Under the pieces are notes generated by a model. The model was not told the DNA's origin. It was given only the letters and a program-made list of their open reading frames with translations, and did not search any database. A stretch of 57,546 nt of DNA from a virus (lineage: Duplodnaviria; Caudoviricetes), in IMG/VR virus record IMGVR_UViG_3300046171_000107, positions 1 to 57,546 of that record; one strand, 5' to 3'. A program made the position numbers and the translations under genes. This document shows positions 44,949 through 54,538 of this stretch, one piece after another (the stretch's first letter is position 1; every line of letters begins with the position of its first letter).

Positions 44949-45032
44949 TTACCCCTCTTTCTTTGTTACAGCCTTTTTCACGGCCTTTACGGCCTTTTTA
45001 AGAGGCTTTTTGCTACCGTTAAGCTTACCCAT
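44949..45032 (-). CDS. 27-aa Lys-rich micropeptide (MGKLNGSKKPLKKAVKAVKKAVTKKEG)
   Basis: Fills the intergenic gap exactly; histone-H1-like composition. Confidence 0.6.
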   Translation of the reverse strand: MGKLNGSKKPLKKAVKAVKKAVTKKEG

Positions 45033-45044
45033 GATAAGCCCCTA

Positions 45045-45524
45045 TTAAACAGCAGCAGAGAAAGGAGTAGCTTCTGTGCCAGTGGCCGCAGTGCGGACTG
45101 CAACAGAAAACTTGTTGCTAGCAACGTCCTGAATTTCTACCTGCGCACCAAGAATACCGCCAGTTGTTGTACCGTCCATAGTGATGGTGTCGGTGTCAGC
45201 AGCAGTTTCAAAGATAGACGCAGTGTCGCCACCGTCGTTAGCTACAATAGCCATACCAGACATTGTGTCGCTAGAATTAGCAACCTGAATGATATAGTCG
45301 TTTGAAGTAACGGTGGTTGCTACAAAGAACTTGTAGATGTTGCCTGTTCCGCTAGCAGCAGGAAGAGTGACAGTCGCACCGCTTGCAATATCCAAAACCA
45401 TAGTACGGCCTGCGTTTGCGGCAGATGTCATAGTAGCGTTAGCTGTTACGGAAACGAGAGAGTCGGAGCCAGAAATAAAACCGGCAGTGGAGGTCACGGG
45501 ACCCGAAAAAGTTGTAGAAGCCAT
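45045..45524 (-). CDS. Putative capsid decoration / minor structural protein
   Basis: MASTTFSGPV N-terminus, TLPAA motif, located after the capsid gene. Confidence 0.65.
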   Translation of the reverse strand: MASTTFSGPVTSTAGFISGSDSLVSVTANATMTSAANAGRTMVLDIASGATVTLPAASGTGNIYKFFVATTVTSNDYIIQVANSSDTMSGMAIVANDGGDTASIFETAADTDTITMDGTTTGGILGAQVEIQDVASNKFSVAVRTAATGTEATPFSAAV

Positions 45525-45529
45525 TTTAT

Positions 45530-45616
45530 CACCTCTTGCACAAGGGTTCGCTCTGTAGTCCGTGCAATGTCAGGTGGGCTTGGATCCTGTCTACAAAGCT
45601 AAAATTACGCCCAAAC
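45530..45616 (-). ncRNA. Structured RNA, candidate Mu-gpT-DE motif
   Basis: GCUUUGUAG/CUACAGAGC stem, inner CAGG/CCUG stem, two pseudoknot-type pairings; directly downstream of a Mu-gpT-like capsid gene. Confidence 0.6.
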
Positions 45617-45628
45617 TCAGTATATAAC

Positions 45629-45658
45629 AAAAAAGGACGACTGTGAAGCCGTCCTTTT
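45629..45658 (-). terminator. Terminator after the major capsid gene
   Basis: AAAAGGACGG-cttcacag-TCGTCCTTTT followed by TTG. Confidence 0.8.
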
Positions 45659-45680
45659 AAGTATCTCAAAAGAGAATTTT

Positions 45681-46586
45681 TTATGCGCCCGGTGTACCGA
45701 ACACACAACGCCAGTCAGAAACGCCAAAGCTGTAACGCTCACGTGCCTTGAACCGCATATTACCGGTGTCAAAATCGCCTTCCATGGCGGTCTTGATTGG
45801 TGCACGGTTGAAGTACTTGAAGCCGTTTGGTGCATCTGTCTTGATGAAGAAGGCATCAGTATCCGTCAGGAAGTGGTTAACCACTGCACCCTCTGGAAGC
45901 ATACCCATGCTCTTCATTGCGTTCAGATCGTTGTCAGCAGTAGCTGAGCGCAGGTTTGAGTTGATTACCCGCTCTGCAATGAATTGCAGTTCTTTCGGGA
46001 TAATCAGCTTCATGCCGCGTACAGCAACCTTCAGACCACGCTCATCAGTGAAGCCTGCAATGTCAATCAGCATCTGCTCAAGAGAAGTCTCGTTGAGGTC
46101 AGCGGCAGTTGACAGCAAGTTACTCTGTGAGCCTGAAAGTGAAGGGTGTGCTGAAGAGCAAAGTGCTGCACCGTCGCCGATTGGGCTGCCCGTGCTGAAC
46201 GCATTGTTCAGGATGGAAGCAGCTTTAATCTGCTTGGTCTGGGCCATTGAGCGGGCCAGAGCCTTGGTGTAGCGTGATGCCAGACGGTCGTACAAGTTGT
46301 CTTCGATAGCTTCCTCAGTGATTGAGAACGCCAGAGCGATTGTTTCATGTGTGTACCGTGCTGTGTAGGTCTCTTGAGCATCGTCAAAGTTGATGGCAGC
46401 GCCTTCACCTTTAACTGGTGCTGTTGAAAAACCACCGAGCATCACCTCTTCTTCAAATGCACGATCTGAAGACTCTTCATCGAAGATTTCAGCGTGTTCA
46501 TTTTCGTAGCGATCATACTCAAGACCGAACAAGGCATTTAGTCCGGGCTCAAGCTCTTTCGCTAGTTGTGCGCGAGAAATAGCCAT
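45681..46586 (-). CDS. Major capsid protein (Mu gpT-like, HK97 fold)
   Basis: MAISRAQLAKELEPGLNALFG, ITEEAIEDNLY, ARERYSFG.SDWR. Confidence 0.9.
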   Translation of the reverse strand: MAISRAQLAKELEPGLNALFGLEYDRYENEHAEIFDEESSDRAFEEEVMLGGFSTAPVKGEGAAINFDDAQETYTARYTHETIALAFSITEEAIEDNLYDRLASRYTKALARSMAQTKQIKAASILNNAFSTGSPIGDGAALCSSAHPSLSGSQSNLLSTAADLNETSLEQMLIDIAGFTDERGLKVAVRGMKLIIPKELQFIAERVINSNLRSATADNDLNAMKSMGMLPEGAVVNHFLTDTDAFFIKTDAPNGFKYFNRAPIKTAMEGDFDTGNMRFKARERYSFGVSDWRCVFGTPGA

Positions 46587-46601
46587 TTTCTATGTCCCTC
46601 C

Positions 46602-47249
46602 TTAAATGCCAGTGCTTGCTGCTGTAGTCTGAGAGTCAGAGCTAGAGCATGGAGCATTGTGGTGGAAATTAAACCGAACGACGTAATTTACACCTGCTGC
46701 ATCGTAATCGAGGTTAGCACTGTCACCAGTGAGACCTACGACACGCATGAACAGTGTTGCTGTAGTAGCAACTGTGGAAATGTCGAGTTCAGCAGTGGAA
46801 CGTCCATTGTCGGTTGAACCGGACGTTGCGGTTGCCAAAGATGCGTTAGCAAAGATGTTTGACAGTGCAGTTGCACGGTCAGTTGAGCTACCATCTGCGG
46901 CTACCATGAACAACTGGTTTGGATTGTCAGCAACGAAAGCCTTCACAGGGAAGTTTGTGTCTACGCTTACGCTGTTGGCACCGGGCCAGTAGTTGATGAA
47001 GACAGGTTTCTTAGAAACACTATCCACGTACTCTACGCCCATCAGAACCCCAAGTGCGGGAACCGTACCACCGTTTGCATTACCAACAATGTCGATAACA
47101 CCAGCCGCCAGTGGAATTACTGGCGAATACTGATAAATCGCATTAGTGTTGGCTGCTGCAATCTCATATTGAGTTACACCAGTAGTGTTGGCACCTGCGC
47201 CATTAAGCCCGATAGGACGAAGACCAAAGGCAGTATCTTGATTTGCCAT
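46602..47249 (-). CDS. Putative capsid-associated (cement) protein
   Basis: MAN.D.AFGLRP N-terminus; upstream of the capsid gene. Confidence 0.65.
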   Translation of the reverse strand: MANQDTAFGLRPIGLNGAGANTTGVTQYEIAAANTNAIYQYSPVIPLAAGVIDIVGNANGGTVPALGVLMGVEYVDSVSKKPVFINYWPGANSVSVDTNFPVKAFVADNPNQLFMVAADGSSTDRATALSNIFANASLATATSGSTDNGRSTAELDISTVATTATLFMRVVGLTGDSANLDYDAAGVNYVVRFNFHHNAPCSSSDSQTTAASTGI

Positions 47250-47275
47250 TTTTGTTTCTCCTAATCAGAGCGACC

Positions 47276-47764
47276 CTATCTCTGTGGGCCGCCAAAGGTT
47301 ACACGAGATTGACGATCAGGTTTGTTGATCGTCATGGTTGAATGTGCATTCGTGCTCATCATGTCATTATCAACAGCCTGCATCTGATCCGCGTTCCTCT
47401 GAGAGAAGTACTCGTTTCGTTCTGCAACCGTTTCCAATGGAATACGAGCAAGAATAAGTCCACCTACTCCAAACACACCTTCGTATTTACCTGATTCGAC
47501 TACCGGGGCCTCAAAGTCAGGGTACTCATCCTTACGAACCAGTTCCCAACCTTCGCGCATCTTAGCGCTGACGTTTTTAGTATCGTCAAAACCACGGGTT
47601 TCAGCCCGGATCCAACGATGCTTAAAACCATCCGGTGCAGGTGGTGCATCTAACATAGACGGGGGAGCCCACGGCTTACGCCTTGCCGTTTTTTCCCTAG
47701 ATTGATTTGCGCGAGAAGTACGTTTGATTTCGCCTTCAAACATTTCGTTTTGATCTTCAGCCAT
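47276..47764 (-). CDS. Conserved head-module protein
   Basis: W.PPS.LDAP...RWIR...EGWE...VGGL.L. Confidence 0.75.
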   Translation of the reverse strand: MAEDQNEMFEGEIKRTSRANQSREKTARRKPWAPPSMLDAPPAPDGFKHRWIRAETRGFDDTKNVSAKMREGWELVRKDEYPDFEAPVVESGKYEGVFGVGGLILARIPLETVAERNEYFSQRNADQMQAVDNDMMSTNAHSTMTINKPDRQSRVTFGGPQR

Positions 47765-47769
47765 CTCTC

Positions 47770-48636
47770 TTACTCCTTCACGTATTTCGCGTATTCTTCA
47801 AGCGGCACACCCAATTTCTTCGCTATCGCGACTTGGCTAGGGGTGAGTCTAACCTTTTTCCCACTACTGCGCCCAGATGTACTGCGGGATACGGAAGCAA
47901 CCGTCTGAGCGGGCCGTTTGCTACCACCGTTAAGCTTATGCGGAAACTCTGTCTGCATACGCCTGTCAAGTTCATTATAGTAGTCATTTGACTGCGGGTC
48001 AAATCCTTCGTCCTCAACAAGCTTTTTATGTATGCCAAAAGCAGCATATGTCATCGCCTCATCTTCACCAAACCACGCATTTTTCTGAGCCCATTGTTCT
48101 GCTTTAGGGTCAGGCCTACGAGGCTGTTGTTGAGGCATAGGTTGACGTACAGCCGCCTGCTGCTGTGCTTGGATTTGCTGTGCATAGCGTTGCTGCTGTG
48201 CTTTAGCTTGAGTAGCGCGGTCATTTTCAATAGCCAGACGGGTAATCGCCCGTTGAGCCTCAATAACGCCATTTGTGTCGCCCATCTCAATAGCTTTAGC
48301 CAATTTTTCTTCGGCAGAAGCTATCTGTGACTCAACACGAGTGCTGTACTCATTGACATAGTTGGTATCCAGCGTATCCATGCGCTGTTTTAGCTGCTGT
48401 GCTTCAGCCTGCACGTTCTGAGCATACTTCAACGCTTCTTCGCGCTGGCGCTCTGCTTCGCGCATTTTCTTTGTTAGGCGGTCAATGCGCTTTTGCGTGG
48501 CATTCTCCGCTTTGTCAAAATTATCGTCTTCTGACGCCTGCTGGGTCTCTTGACCCTCATCGTCATTAGCTACGTCAACCTCAGTTTCCTGAGAGTCGTC
48601 CAGATCCAGTTCAATCTGTTCTTTTTCTTCTGCCAT
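47770..48636 (-). CDS. Capsid scaffolding protein
   Basis: Acidic coiled coil; KRIDRLT, W...N.WFG, LT.SQ.AIAKKLGV..EEYA. Confidence 0.75.
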   Translation of the reverse strand: MAEEKEQIELDLDDSQETEVDVANDDEGQETQQASEDDNFDKAENATQKRIDRLTKKMREAERQREEALKYAQNVQAEAQQLKQRMDTLDTNYVNEYSTRVESQIASAEEKLAKAIEMGDTNGVIEAQRAITRLAIENDRATQAKAQQQRYAQQIQAQQQAAVRQPMPQQQPRRPDPKAEQWAQKNAWFGEDEAMTYAAFGIHKKLVEDEGFDPQSNDYYNELDRRMQTEFPHKLNGGSKRPAQTVASVSRSTSGRSSGKKVRLTPSQVAIAKKLGVPLEEYAKYVKE

Positions 48637-48645
48637 TTTTAACTC

Positions 48646-49098
48646 CTAGAAATGCAAAATGTCTTCAGGTTCTTGAATACGCGCCAAAATCTCGTCATCG
48701 TTCAAGATGCGGACTTCGCCACCATCAATCTTAAATCGCGAACCGGCATAACGGGCAAACATCACCCAGTTACCCTTTTCGCACCACGGACCAGACGGAA
48801 ACTTTTCCGCGTCCTTGTAAGCTAGGGGCCCTACCTTCAGGACATAGCCAACCTGTGTAGATACATTTTGCTCATCCAAAACTTGGTTTGGTAGGTAAAT
48901 ACCGCCATCGGTCTTACCTTTGCCGCGATACGGCAAAATAAGCAAACGCCAGCCCGTCGGGTCTGGCAATCTTTCTAGGAGGGAACCGCCGATTTTTTCG
49001 GGGTCTAATGCTTTATCAGTTACGTCAACGTAAGCTTCCGCGAGGTTTGCGACGCCTTCACTTACGCCTTCGAGATCAAGTTTTTGCGCTTCAGTCAT
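48646..49098 (-). CDS. groES: Co-chaperonin GroES
   Basis: P.GWRLL...KT.GGIYL...VLKVGP...F.RYAG...I.G...RILNDDEILA. Confidence 0.85.
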   Translation of the reverse strand: MTEAQKLDLEGVSEGVANLAEAYVDVTDKALDPEKIGGSLLERLPDPTGWRLLILPYRGKGKTDGGIYLPNQVLDEQNVSTQVGYVLKVGPLAYKDAEKFPSGPWCEKGNWVMFARYAGSRFKIDGGEVRILNDDEILARIQEPEDILHF

Positions 49099-49288
49099 TG
49101 CTTCGCTCCTGTTTTTCTAGCAGGCCCTTGAGTTCCTGTTCCACGTGATCCAGAGATTTTAAATTTCCCATGAGCTCACGATACTGCTCGATGTTCTTGA
49201 CGTTGTCATAAATTAACAAGTCTTGAACTGCCCTCCGCCGCTCTTTGATAATCCGAAAAGCGGCTTCGGCAAAATATATTTCATCCAC
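49091..49288 (-). CDS. Hypothetical protein
   Basis: YRELMG motif; commonly seen upstream of phage groES. Confidence 0.7.
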   Translation of the reverse strand: MDEIYFAEAAFRIIKERRRAVQDLLIYDNVKNIEQYRELMGNLKSLDHVEQELKGLLEKQERSND

Positions 49289-49320
49289 TCGTATATCTCC
49301 GCGTTAAATCTGATATATTA

Positions 49321-49833
49321 TTATACCATCTCTAGCGCAAAGTCACGTGTTTCTTTGTTCCTTCTTAGCCAACCCTTACCAAAAGTGTTAAACGTCCGAA
49401 GGCTCTTGTAAAAAGCCTCGCGCTCATCAGCCACCGCCTTAATCGTTTCCGCCGCGTCAGCGGCTTCTACAGCTTCTAGGGTCTTGGGGCCTATCGCACC
49501 GTCCGCAGTCGCTCCTACGGCTTTCTGTAGCGCTTTAGCAGCCCTTCCGGGGCCAGAGTTAACCGCCCAATCAAAGATAGCAAAGTCCAGACCCGAAGGC
49601 AGATTATCGCCCTTCACCTTGTCCCAGTAGCCCTGCTTGTAAATCAACTGCACATGATCGTCAGGAATGTTCTTCAACTCATCCACATCTTCCAACGGCC
49701 TGCCCAAGAAATCTGAGTAGGTTTTGTGCGTAATCCCCTTATTAGTTGCCCCACCGGGATCATCCGGGTGGTCAACAAAGCCGCCTTCGTGCTTTAGCAC
49801 CATCTCTAGGCTTTTGAAGAAATTGGCTTCCAT
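49321..49833 (-). CDS. Endolysin, glycoside hydrolase family 108 with peptidoglycan-binding domain
   Basis: HEGG.VDHPDDPGGATNKGIT, FD.AVNSG, DG.IGPKTL, FGKGW.RR. Confidence 0.9.
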   Translation of the reverse strand: MEANFFKSLEMVLKHEGGFVDHPDDPGGATNKGITHKTYSDFLGRPLEDVDELKNIPDDHVQLIYKQGYWDKVKGDNLPSGLDFAIFDWAVNSGPGRAAKALQKAVGATADGAIGPKTLEAVEAADAAETIKAVADEREAFYKSLRTFNTFGKGWLRRNKETRDFALEMV

Positions 49834-50297
49834 TAACGACCTTTCATATACTTGCTCACAGCGCGGTTACCGAACCAAAATGACATAATGGCGGCAAACA
49901 GGCCTTGAGTCTCCGGAGTCCACATAAGCGTTACAGCGTCTTTCCAATCGCCGCCAGACTCCAATACTTTCACAATAATCACGACTTCCGTCGCAGCGAA
50001 CATCAAGAAGAAGGCATAAGTAATAACAGGCCTAACACTACCGCGCAGAGCGTTGACAAATCCGCCAGCGTCAATGCTTCGATCATGCTCATAGATGCCC
50101 TTCGTCTCGGCTATGTCCGCCTGTTTGTCGAGCTCCTCTAATTTTAGCGCGGAGCGCTTCTCCATCAACTCGGCTTCCATCTTCATGGTTTCGAGTTTCT
50201 GTTTGTGCTCCTGCCCCGCCTTGAAGAAATTCAGTACTTCCGGGAGAAAGCTTGTCCCAAAGCCCAGTAAACTCCCAAGCAAACTCATCATTTTCAA
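49833..50297 (-). CDS. Putative holin (3TM-type)
   Basis: LRGSVRP.ITY, TM segments, FWFG.R; adjacent to the endolysin. Confidence 0.65.
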   Translation of the reverse strand: MKMMSLLGSLLGFGTSFLPEVLNFFKAGQEHKQKLETMKMEAELMEKRSALKLEELDKQADIAETKGIYEHDRSIDAGGFVNALRGSVRPVITYAFFLMFAATEVVIIVKVLESGGDWKDAVTLMWTPETQGLFAAIMSFWFGNRAVSKYMKGR

Positions 50298-50344
50298 GTC
50301 TCCTCTTCATCTCCGCTATGCGGCGTTTCAAATCTGCCACTACC

Positions 50345-50818
50345 TCATCCATCGGTAATCGTAAACCGCACATTCGGATGATCCGGGTAATTAACAACCA
50401 CCGGACCTTCAGGACACATATAGTCAATGTGCGCCAACAAAGTGGCTTCACCGGTAGCAACCTTGCTACGATGACGCTCATCAATCGTTATCTTGTAGCC
50501 AAACTTGTCTATTTTATCGTTAGCTGGACCGCTAAACTTAGCTATGCTTGGAACTGCCGGATGCACGATGTATTCGCTATCCCGAACCTCCAACCGAAAA
50601 CTCTCAACGGTACAGTCATCACGCAGCTTCTCCCGCGCAACAATGACCTTAAACTCACCAGTTACCGGGCCGTCTGAAATCTCAAAATATTCGGGAGCCC
50701 ATTCTAAGACAGGGTCTTCAAAACCAATCTTGTCATAAAGAGTGTATCCGCCGCCTATCAAAGCAAACGTGGCGGTGACAACGCCAATCCCTTTTGTGAT
50801 GTTTTCAAAGTCCATCAA
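50345..50818 (-). CDS. Membrane-anchored hypothetical protein
   Basis: N-terminal TM helix and two Cys. Confidence 0.65.
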   Translation of the reverse strand: MMDFENITKGIGVVTATFALIGGGYTLYDKIGFEDPVLEWAPEYFEISDGPVTGEFKVIVAREKLRDDCTVESFRLEVRDSEYIVHPAVPSIAKFSGPANDKIDKFGYKITIDERHRSKVATGEATLLAHIDYMCPEGPVVVNYPDHPNVRFTITDG

Positions 50819-51042
50819 TACACCTTTACCGAACCGTCCTTTATGTGTTTAGGCACACAATAGGCCGTCACCCTGTCATCCGGGTGTAGATAATCCAAGC
50901 TCCTATAATTCCCATATCTTTTACTTACCTGAGAAGCATAATAATTACAATCAATTATGCTGGCAAAGTACATATCGTTGCTGACGAGCCTTCGGTCATC
51001 CCCCGTGCCTAAATAAACCATCAACAAAAATACGTGGATCAT
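50815..51042 (-). CDS. Small secreted-type Cys protein
   Basis: Hydrophobic N-terminus; F.S..DC...AYCVP. Confidence 0.65.
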   Translation of the reverse strand: MIHVFLLMVYLGTGDDRRLVSNDMYFASIIDCNYYASQVSKRYGNYRSLDYLHPDDRVTAYCVPKHIKDGSVKVY

Positions 51043-51251
51043 TCACTTGGCTTTGCACCCTTGCTGTTTACATACAAACCAAACCACGCGGCCCCCGCGC
51101 CAACGATCACACTGACAAATCCCGCCTGTGCGTTATTCGGGTCGGGCAAGGCCATAAACCAAGTACACGTCTTGTAAAACACAATCATGTAACTGAGGAT
51201 GAGCAACCGCGGAACAATCCGCCACGCATCCAATTTTTCCGGGGTAATCAT
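51039..51251 (-). CDS. Two-TM holin-like protein
   Basis: LDAWRIVPR...WFM.L..P...Q..FVS.I.GA...WFGLYV; ATGA-coupled start. Confidence 0.65.
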   Translation of the reverse strand: MITPEKLDAWRIVPRLLILSYMIVFYKTCTWFMALPDPNNAQAGFVSVIVGAGAAWFGLYVNSKGAKPSE

Positions 51252-51724
51252 GCAGAACCTTTCGTTTTGACAAGCCAAATAAACCCTATCAGAACCACTG
51301 CTCCAATAAGGATTGACCCAATTATAACACAAATCTCAATAAATTTCTGCCTGCGCTCACGCTGACGATACAGCGTCTCCTGCCGCTGCTTACGGATGTT
51401 GCCCTCCATGCGAATGAGCTCGTCCCAAGCAGATATACCCATAGTCAGGCTAATCCATTGTTTTAATTCATCTCTTTGGGCTTGCGCTTTGCGTTTAGCA
51501 GCAAAGGCCTCAATGGCCTCCTGCTCTACAGACTTGCCGTTAAATAATTTTTTGAATATAGGGGGGTTCTTGGCTTCTTTTTCCGCTTGGTCAATATCAG
51601 AAAGAGCGCCCATCCATCTGGACAGGTCGCCCACCATTGACTCAACGTCACGCCCTACTGCAAAACCTTTTTTAAGTGCCCCAAACGCCGCTGACGCGGT
51701 CGCCATCGCCGAAACTGGATCCAT
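51248..51724 (-). CDS. Conserved membrane protein (lysis region)
   Basis: MDPVS.. N-terminus, coiled coil, C-terminal TM helix; RBS carries the ACTACGGGAA box. Confidence 0.75.
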   Translation of the reverse strand: MDPVSAMATASAAFGALKKGFAVGRDVESMVGDLSRWMGALSDIDQAEKEAKNPPIFKKLFNGKSVEQEAIEAFAAKRKAQAQRDELKQWISLTMGISAWDELIRMEGNIRKQRQETLYRQRERRQKFIEICVIIGSILIGAVVLIGFIWLVKTKGSA

Positions 51725-51751
51725 AACTATTTCCCGTAGTTATAATAAACA

Positions 51752-51901
51752 TTATACTCTCTTCTTTTTCTTTTTTGGCTTAGACTTCCCAGCTTCAGAC
51801 AAAGCAATAGCGATAGCCTGCTTCTGCTTGTAGCCCTCGTCCATCAGCTTACTAATGTTCTTGCTGATGGTGGCCTGACTTGATCCCCGTGCTAACGGCA
51901 T
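51752..51901 (-). CDS. 49-aa basic protein (DUF6496-like), not in ORF track
   Basis: [17 protein letters not shown]...[15 protein letters not shown]; TAATG-coupled. Confidence 0.7.
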   Translation of the reverse strand: MPLARGSSQATISKNISKLMDEGYKQKQAIAIALSEAGKSKPKKKKKRV

Positions 51902-52095
51902 TAGCTACAACTATTGTAGCCGCCACCTTTTACAGCAGCACCCATGCCACGAGCCGTTGCACGACCCATGCTCATTGGAACCTTTACGTCGGCTGTCTTG
52001 CCATAAGGAATGCGACCCTGACCCTTAATGTCAGCATATTCTACTGCCTTGGGTGCCGCCCCCGGCTTATTCGTTACGATTTTTACTGCGCCCAT
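51901..52095 (-). CDS. 64-aa basic protein
   Basis: MGAVKIV...[10 protein letters not shown]; GAGGAGG Shine-Dalgarno; the longer track ORF overlaps the portal. Confidence 0.7.
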   Translation of the reverse strand: MGAVKIVTNKPGAAPKAVEYADIKGQGRIPYGKTADVKVPMSMGRATARGMGAAVKGGGYNSCS

Positions 52096-52096
52096 T

Positions 52097-54538
52097 CTAC
52101 TGGCCTCCTCTGCCAAGTTTAAGTAATTCACGCTCCATAGCAGACTGGATACGTGCCTGTGTCTGCCGCTCTTGCGCCGCCAACCTCTGCTGGAACTGAT
52201 CCGCCCGCAACTGCTGGTTCTGTGCATCAAGCTGCAATTTGGCTTGGTCATTCTGTGCGTCCGCCTGCTCAGCCTGTGCCTTAATCTGAAGCTCCTGCTC
52301 TTTAAGCTGAACCAACGGATCAGGGCCCTGACCAGACACTTGTGCAGACATCTCTTTGACCATCTGCATACCTTCAGCAACAAACTGTGCTGTAAGTCCC
52401 TCAATTTGCAGCATCTCGTCCTCAGTAGCCGCCTCGCCGCCCGCGGCCTGCCTGCTCTGAATAAACTGCACCGCCGCCTTCTCACGAGCAGCAATCCGAA
52501 CGTGCTCCATGATGTGCTTCTGCAACGACATCGCAATGGCAGGCATACCACCAACCATAGGCGTCGAACCAAAGACCATATGCGCCATAATGTGCGCCTG
52601 ATGCTCCTGACCCTCAAAAGCCTTCAGCGGTATCATGTCCATCGCGTCAATGTTTTCCTGCGCCGGATCCTTCGGAGTCGGCTCATCGTCAGGAATGCGC
52701 CGCATAATACGGTCCACGTCCCGCACACCAAGCGCATCGTACATATCCCGATACACCTCATACATATTGTGCATCTCAGGAGCCGCACCAGCCAACTGCA
52801 ACTTGGTCTGTGCCAAAGCAATCCGCTGCGCCTGACTAAATACATTCGGATCAGAGACCGGTATGATGTCCACGCGGTCATCAAAGTCCTTACGCATCAC
52901 AGTAGCGTCCGCACCCTCTACAGAATACGGATACTCCTGCGGCAAGCTCTCACTCATCACACGAGCCAAAATCCTGAACTCAACCCGCATCGCGTTGTGC
53001 AAGCGCTTATGCACCGCACTCATCACACGAGAGCCCTGCTCCAGCATCGCGATAGTCGTACCAACAGCAGCCTGCTGATTACCATCGCCCACCTTCATGT
53101 CAGTAATGGTCGCGAACCGCTGACCCGCCTGTACTACAAAGCCAAGCAAGTTAAACAGGGTTTGGTCCGGGCCCTTGAATGGCAGCGGCATCAGGCTGTC
53201 ACGAATAGCCCCACCGGGAGCGTCCACATCGCGGAACTCTCCGGGCTGCAACGGGTCGTCGTCATCCCTGATACGCAGTCCACGGGCTTTGAAACCCGCT
53301 GGGAGGTTGGACAATGTACCAGCGTCGATCAACTGTCGCAGCGCCGCCGTGGCAGTCCGTGACAGACCGCCAATGGTGTGAATAAGGCCCAAACCATAAA
53401 AACCAAAGCCCGGAAGGAACTTATAATGCACAAAATACTGTATCTTGCGCTTTAACTCGTCATCCTCACGGTAATTTCGGCGAATTGCCAATACCTGCCC
53501 GTTGTCCTGACTGATGGTGACAACATATGGTACTTTAATACCTGTCGGCTCACCGTCATCGTCAAGCTCCTCATACCCCTCAAGGTCTAAATCAACGTGA
53601 CACTCCAAAATAGTGCAGTCATAGTCAATCTGCGTAGCTGATGTGCCGTCAATACGGTCAATCTCATCACCCACACTGTCCATTTCTGCCTGCGCCGGAA
53701 TAACCGGCACGTCCAAGTAGAACCCCGCAACCTGCTTCTTCCGCAAATCGTTCAATGACATCCGAACAACCTGCGTAATATTTGGGCAAGTGTCCAAATC
53801 TGCCGTCTCATACGGCACAATCAAGTTCTCAGCAGGGATAAACTTACTTACTGCACGGCCCAAAGTCTCGTCATAGTAGACTTTCTTGAATGTACTACCC
53901 GCCAACGGTAAGTAGAACAACATCTGGTCCATGTCAGGGGTGTAATCCTCCATCACATTCGTGATGTAGTAATTCATAAAATGCCTTACGCGCTGCGCTT
54001 GGGACTGCTTTTCTCGTGTCTCGCTTCCCATAATAGCAGTTCGCACGGGGCCGCTGGCAGGCAACAACTCATTGAACGCCTGCGCTTGAAACTGCGTAGC
54101 CGCCTCGGCAAGCAACGGGTGCGTAACCCCAGAAGCTCCTCTAAAAGGCTGGGTCCTCTCCTCGTAGTTGAACCCAAGAAGCTCCAAACCGTTTGCATAA
54201 GCATCTTCCCAATCCTGTCGGCCAGCCTTGTTGGCCTCAAACTCGCCCAACAACTCACCGGCTATACGACCAAGTTCCCTGTCGGGCATCTCCTCGGCCA
54301 AGTTAGTATAAAAATCATCACTCTCGCCGCGCTGATCCGCAGGCTCAAAATCAATAGTGACACCGCCATCCTCTTCCGGCGATATCTCAATTTCCATATT
54401 CTCCGCCGCGCCCTCAAAAGCCACGACATTGTCCATGCTGCCCGGAACCTCTAGCTCCACTTCAGCCGCTAAATCCTCTGGATCCAACTGCGACGGGACA
54501 TTCTTGTCCATCATTCCGCCAATAGGTTCACGTGCCAT
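52097..54538 (-). CDS. Portal protein
   Basis: HPLLAEA..QFQA, LPLAGS.FKKVY, FYGLGL, RQLIDAGTL.N.P.GF; Gln-rich C-terminal barrel. Confidence 0.9.
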   Translation of the reverse strand: MAREPIGGMMDKNVPSQLDPEDLAAEVELEVPGSMDNVVAFEGAAENMEIEISPEEDGGVTIDFEPADQRGESDDFYTNLAEEMPDRELGRIAGELLGEFEANKAGRQDWEDAYANGLELLGFNYEERTQPFRGASGVTHPLLAEAATQFQAQAFNELLPASGPVRTAIMGSETREKQSQAQRVRHFMNYYITNVMEDYTPDMDQMLFYLPLAGSTFKKVYYDETLGRAVSKFIPAENLIVPYETADLDTCPNITQVVRMSLNDLRKKQVAGFYLDVPVIPAQAEMDSVGDEIDRIDGTSATQIDYDCTILECHVDLDLEGYEELDDDGEPTGIKVPYVVTISQDNGQVLAIRRNYREDDELKRKIQYFVHYKFLPGFGFYGLGLIHTIGGLSRTATAALRQLIDAGTLSNLPAGFKARGLRIRDDDDPLQPGEFRDVDAPGGAIRDSLMPLPFKGPDQTLFNLLGFVVQAGQRFATITDMKVGDGNQQAAVGTTIAMLEQGSRVMSAVHKRLHNAMRVEFRILARVMSESLPQEYPYSVEGADATVMRKDFDDRVDIIPVSDPNVFSQAQRIALAQTKLQLAGAAPEMHNMYEVYRDMYDALGVRDVDRIMRRIPDDEPTPKDPAQENIDAMDMIPLKAFEGQEHQAHIMAHMVFGSTPMVGGMPAIAMSLQKHIMEHVRIAAREKAAVQFIQSRQAAGGEAATEDEMLQIEGLTAQFVAEGMQMVKEMSAQVSGQGPDPLVQLKEQELQIKAQAEQADAQNDQAKLQLDAQNQQLRADQFQQRLAAQERQTQARIQSAMERELLKLGRGGQ

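Noticed and set aside
50089-50484. 131-aa overlapping ORF as a spanin-like nested gene
   Set aside because: No lipobox or TM helix; only the short MDEVVADLKRR segment from about 50352 might be coding, which is insufficient support
52172-53362. 396-aa plus-strand ORF and the long 51901-52617 frame
   Set aside because: Antisense or overlapping shadows of the portal gene
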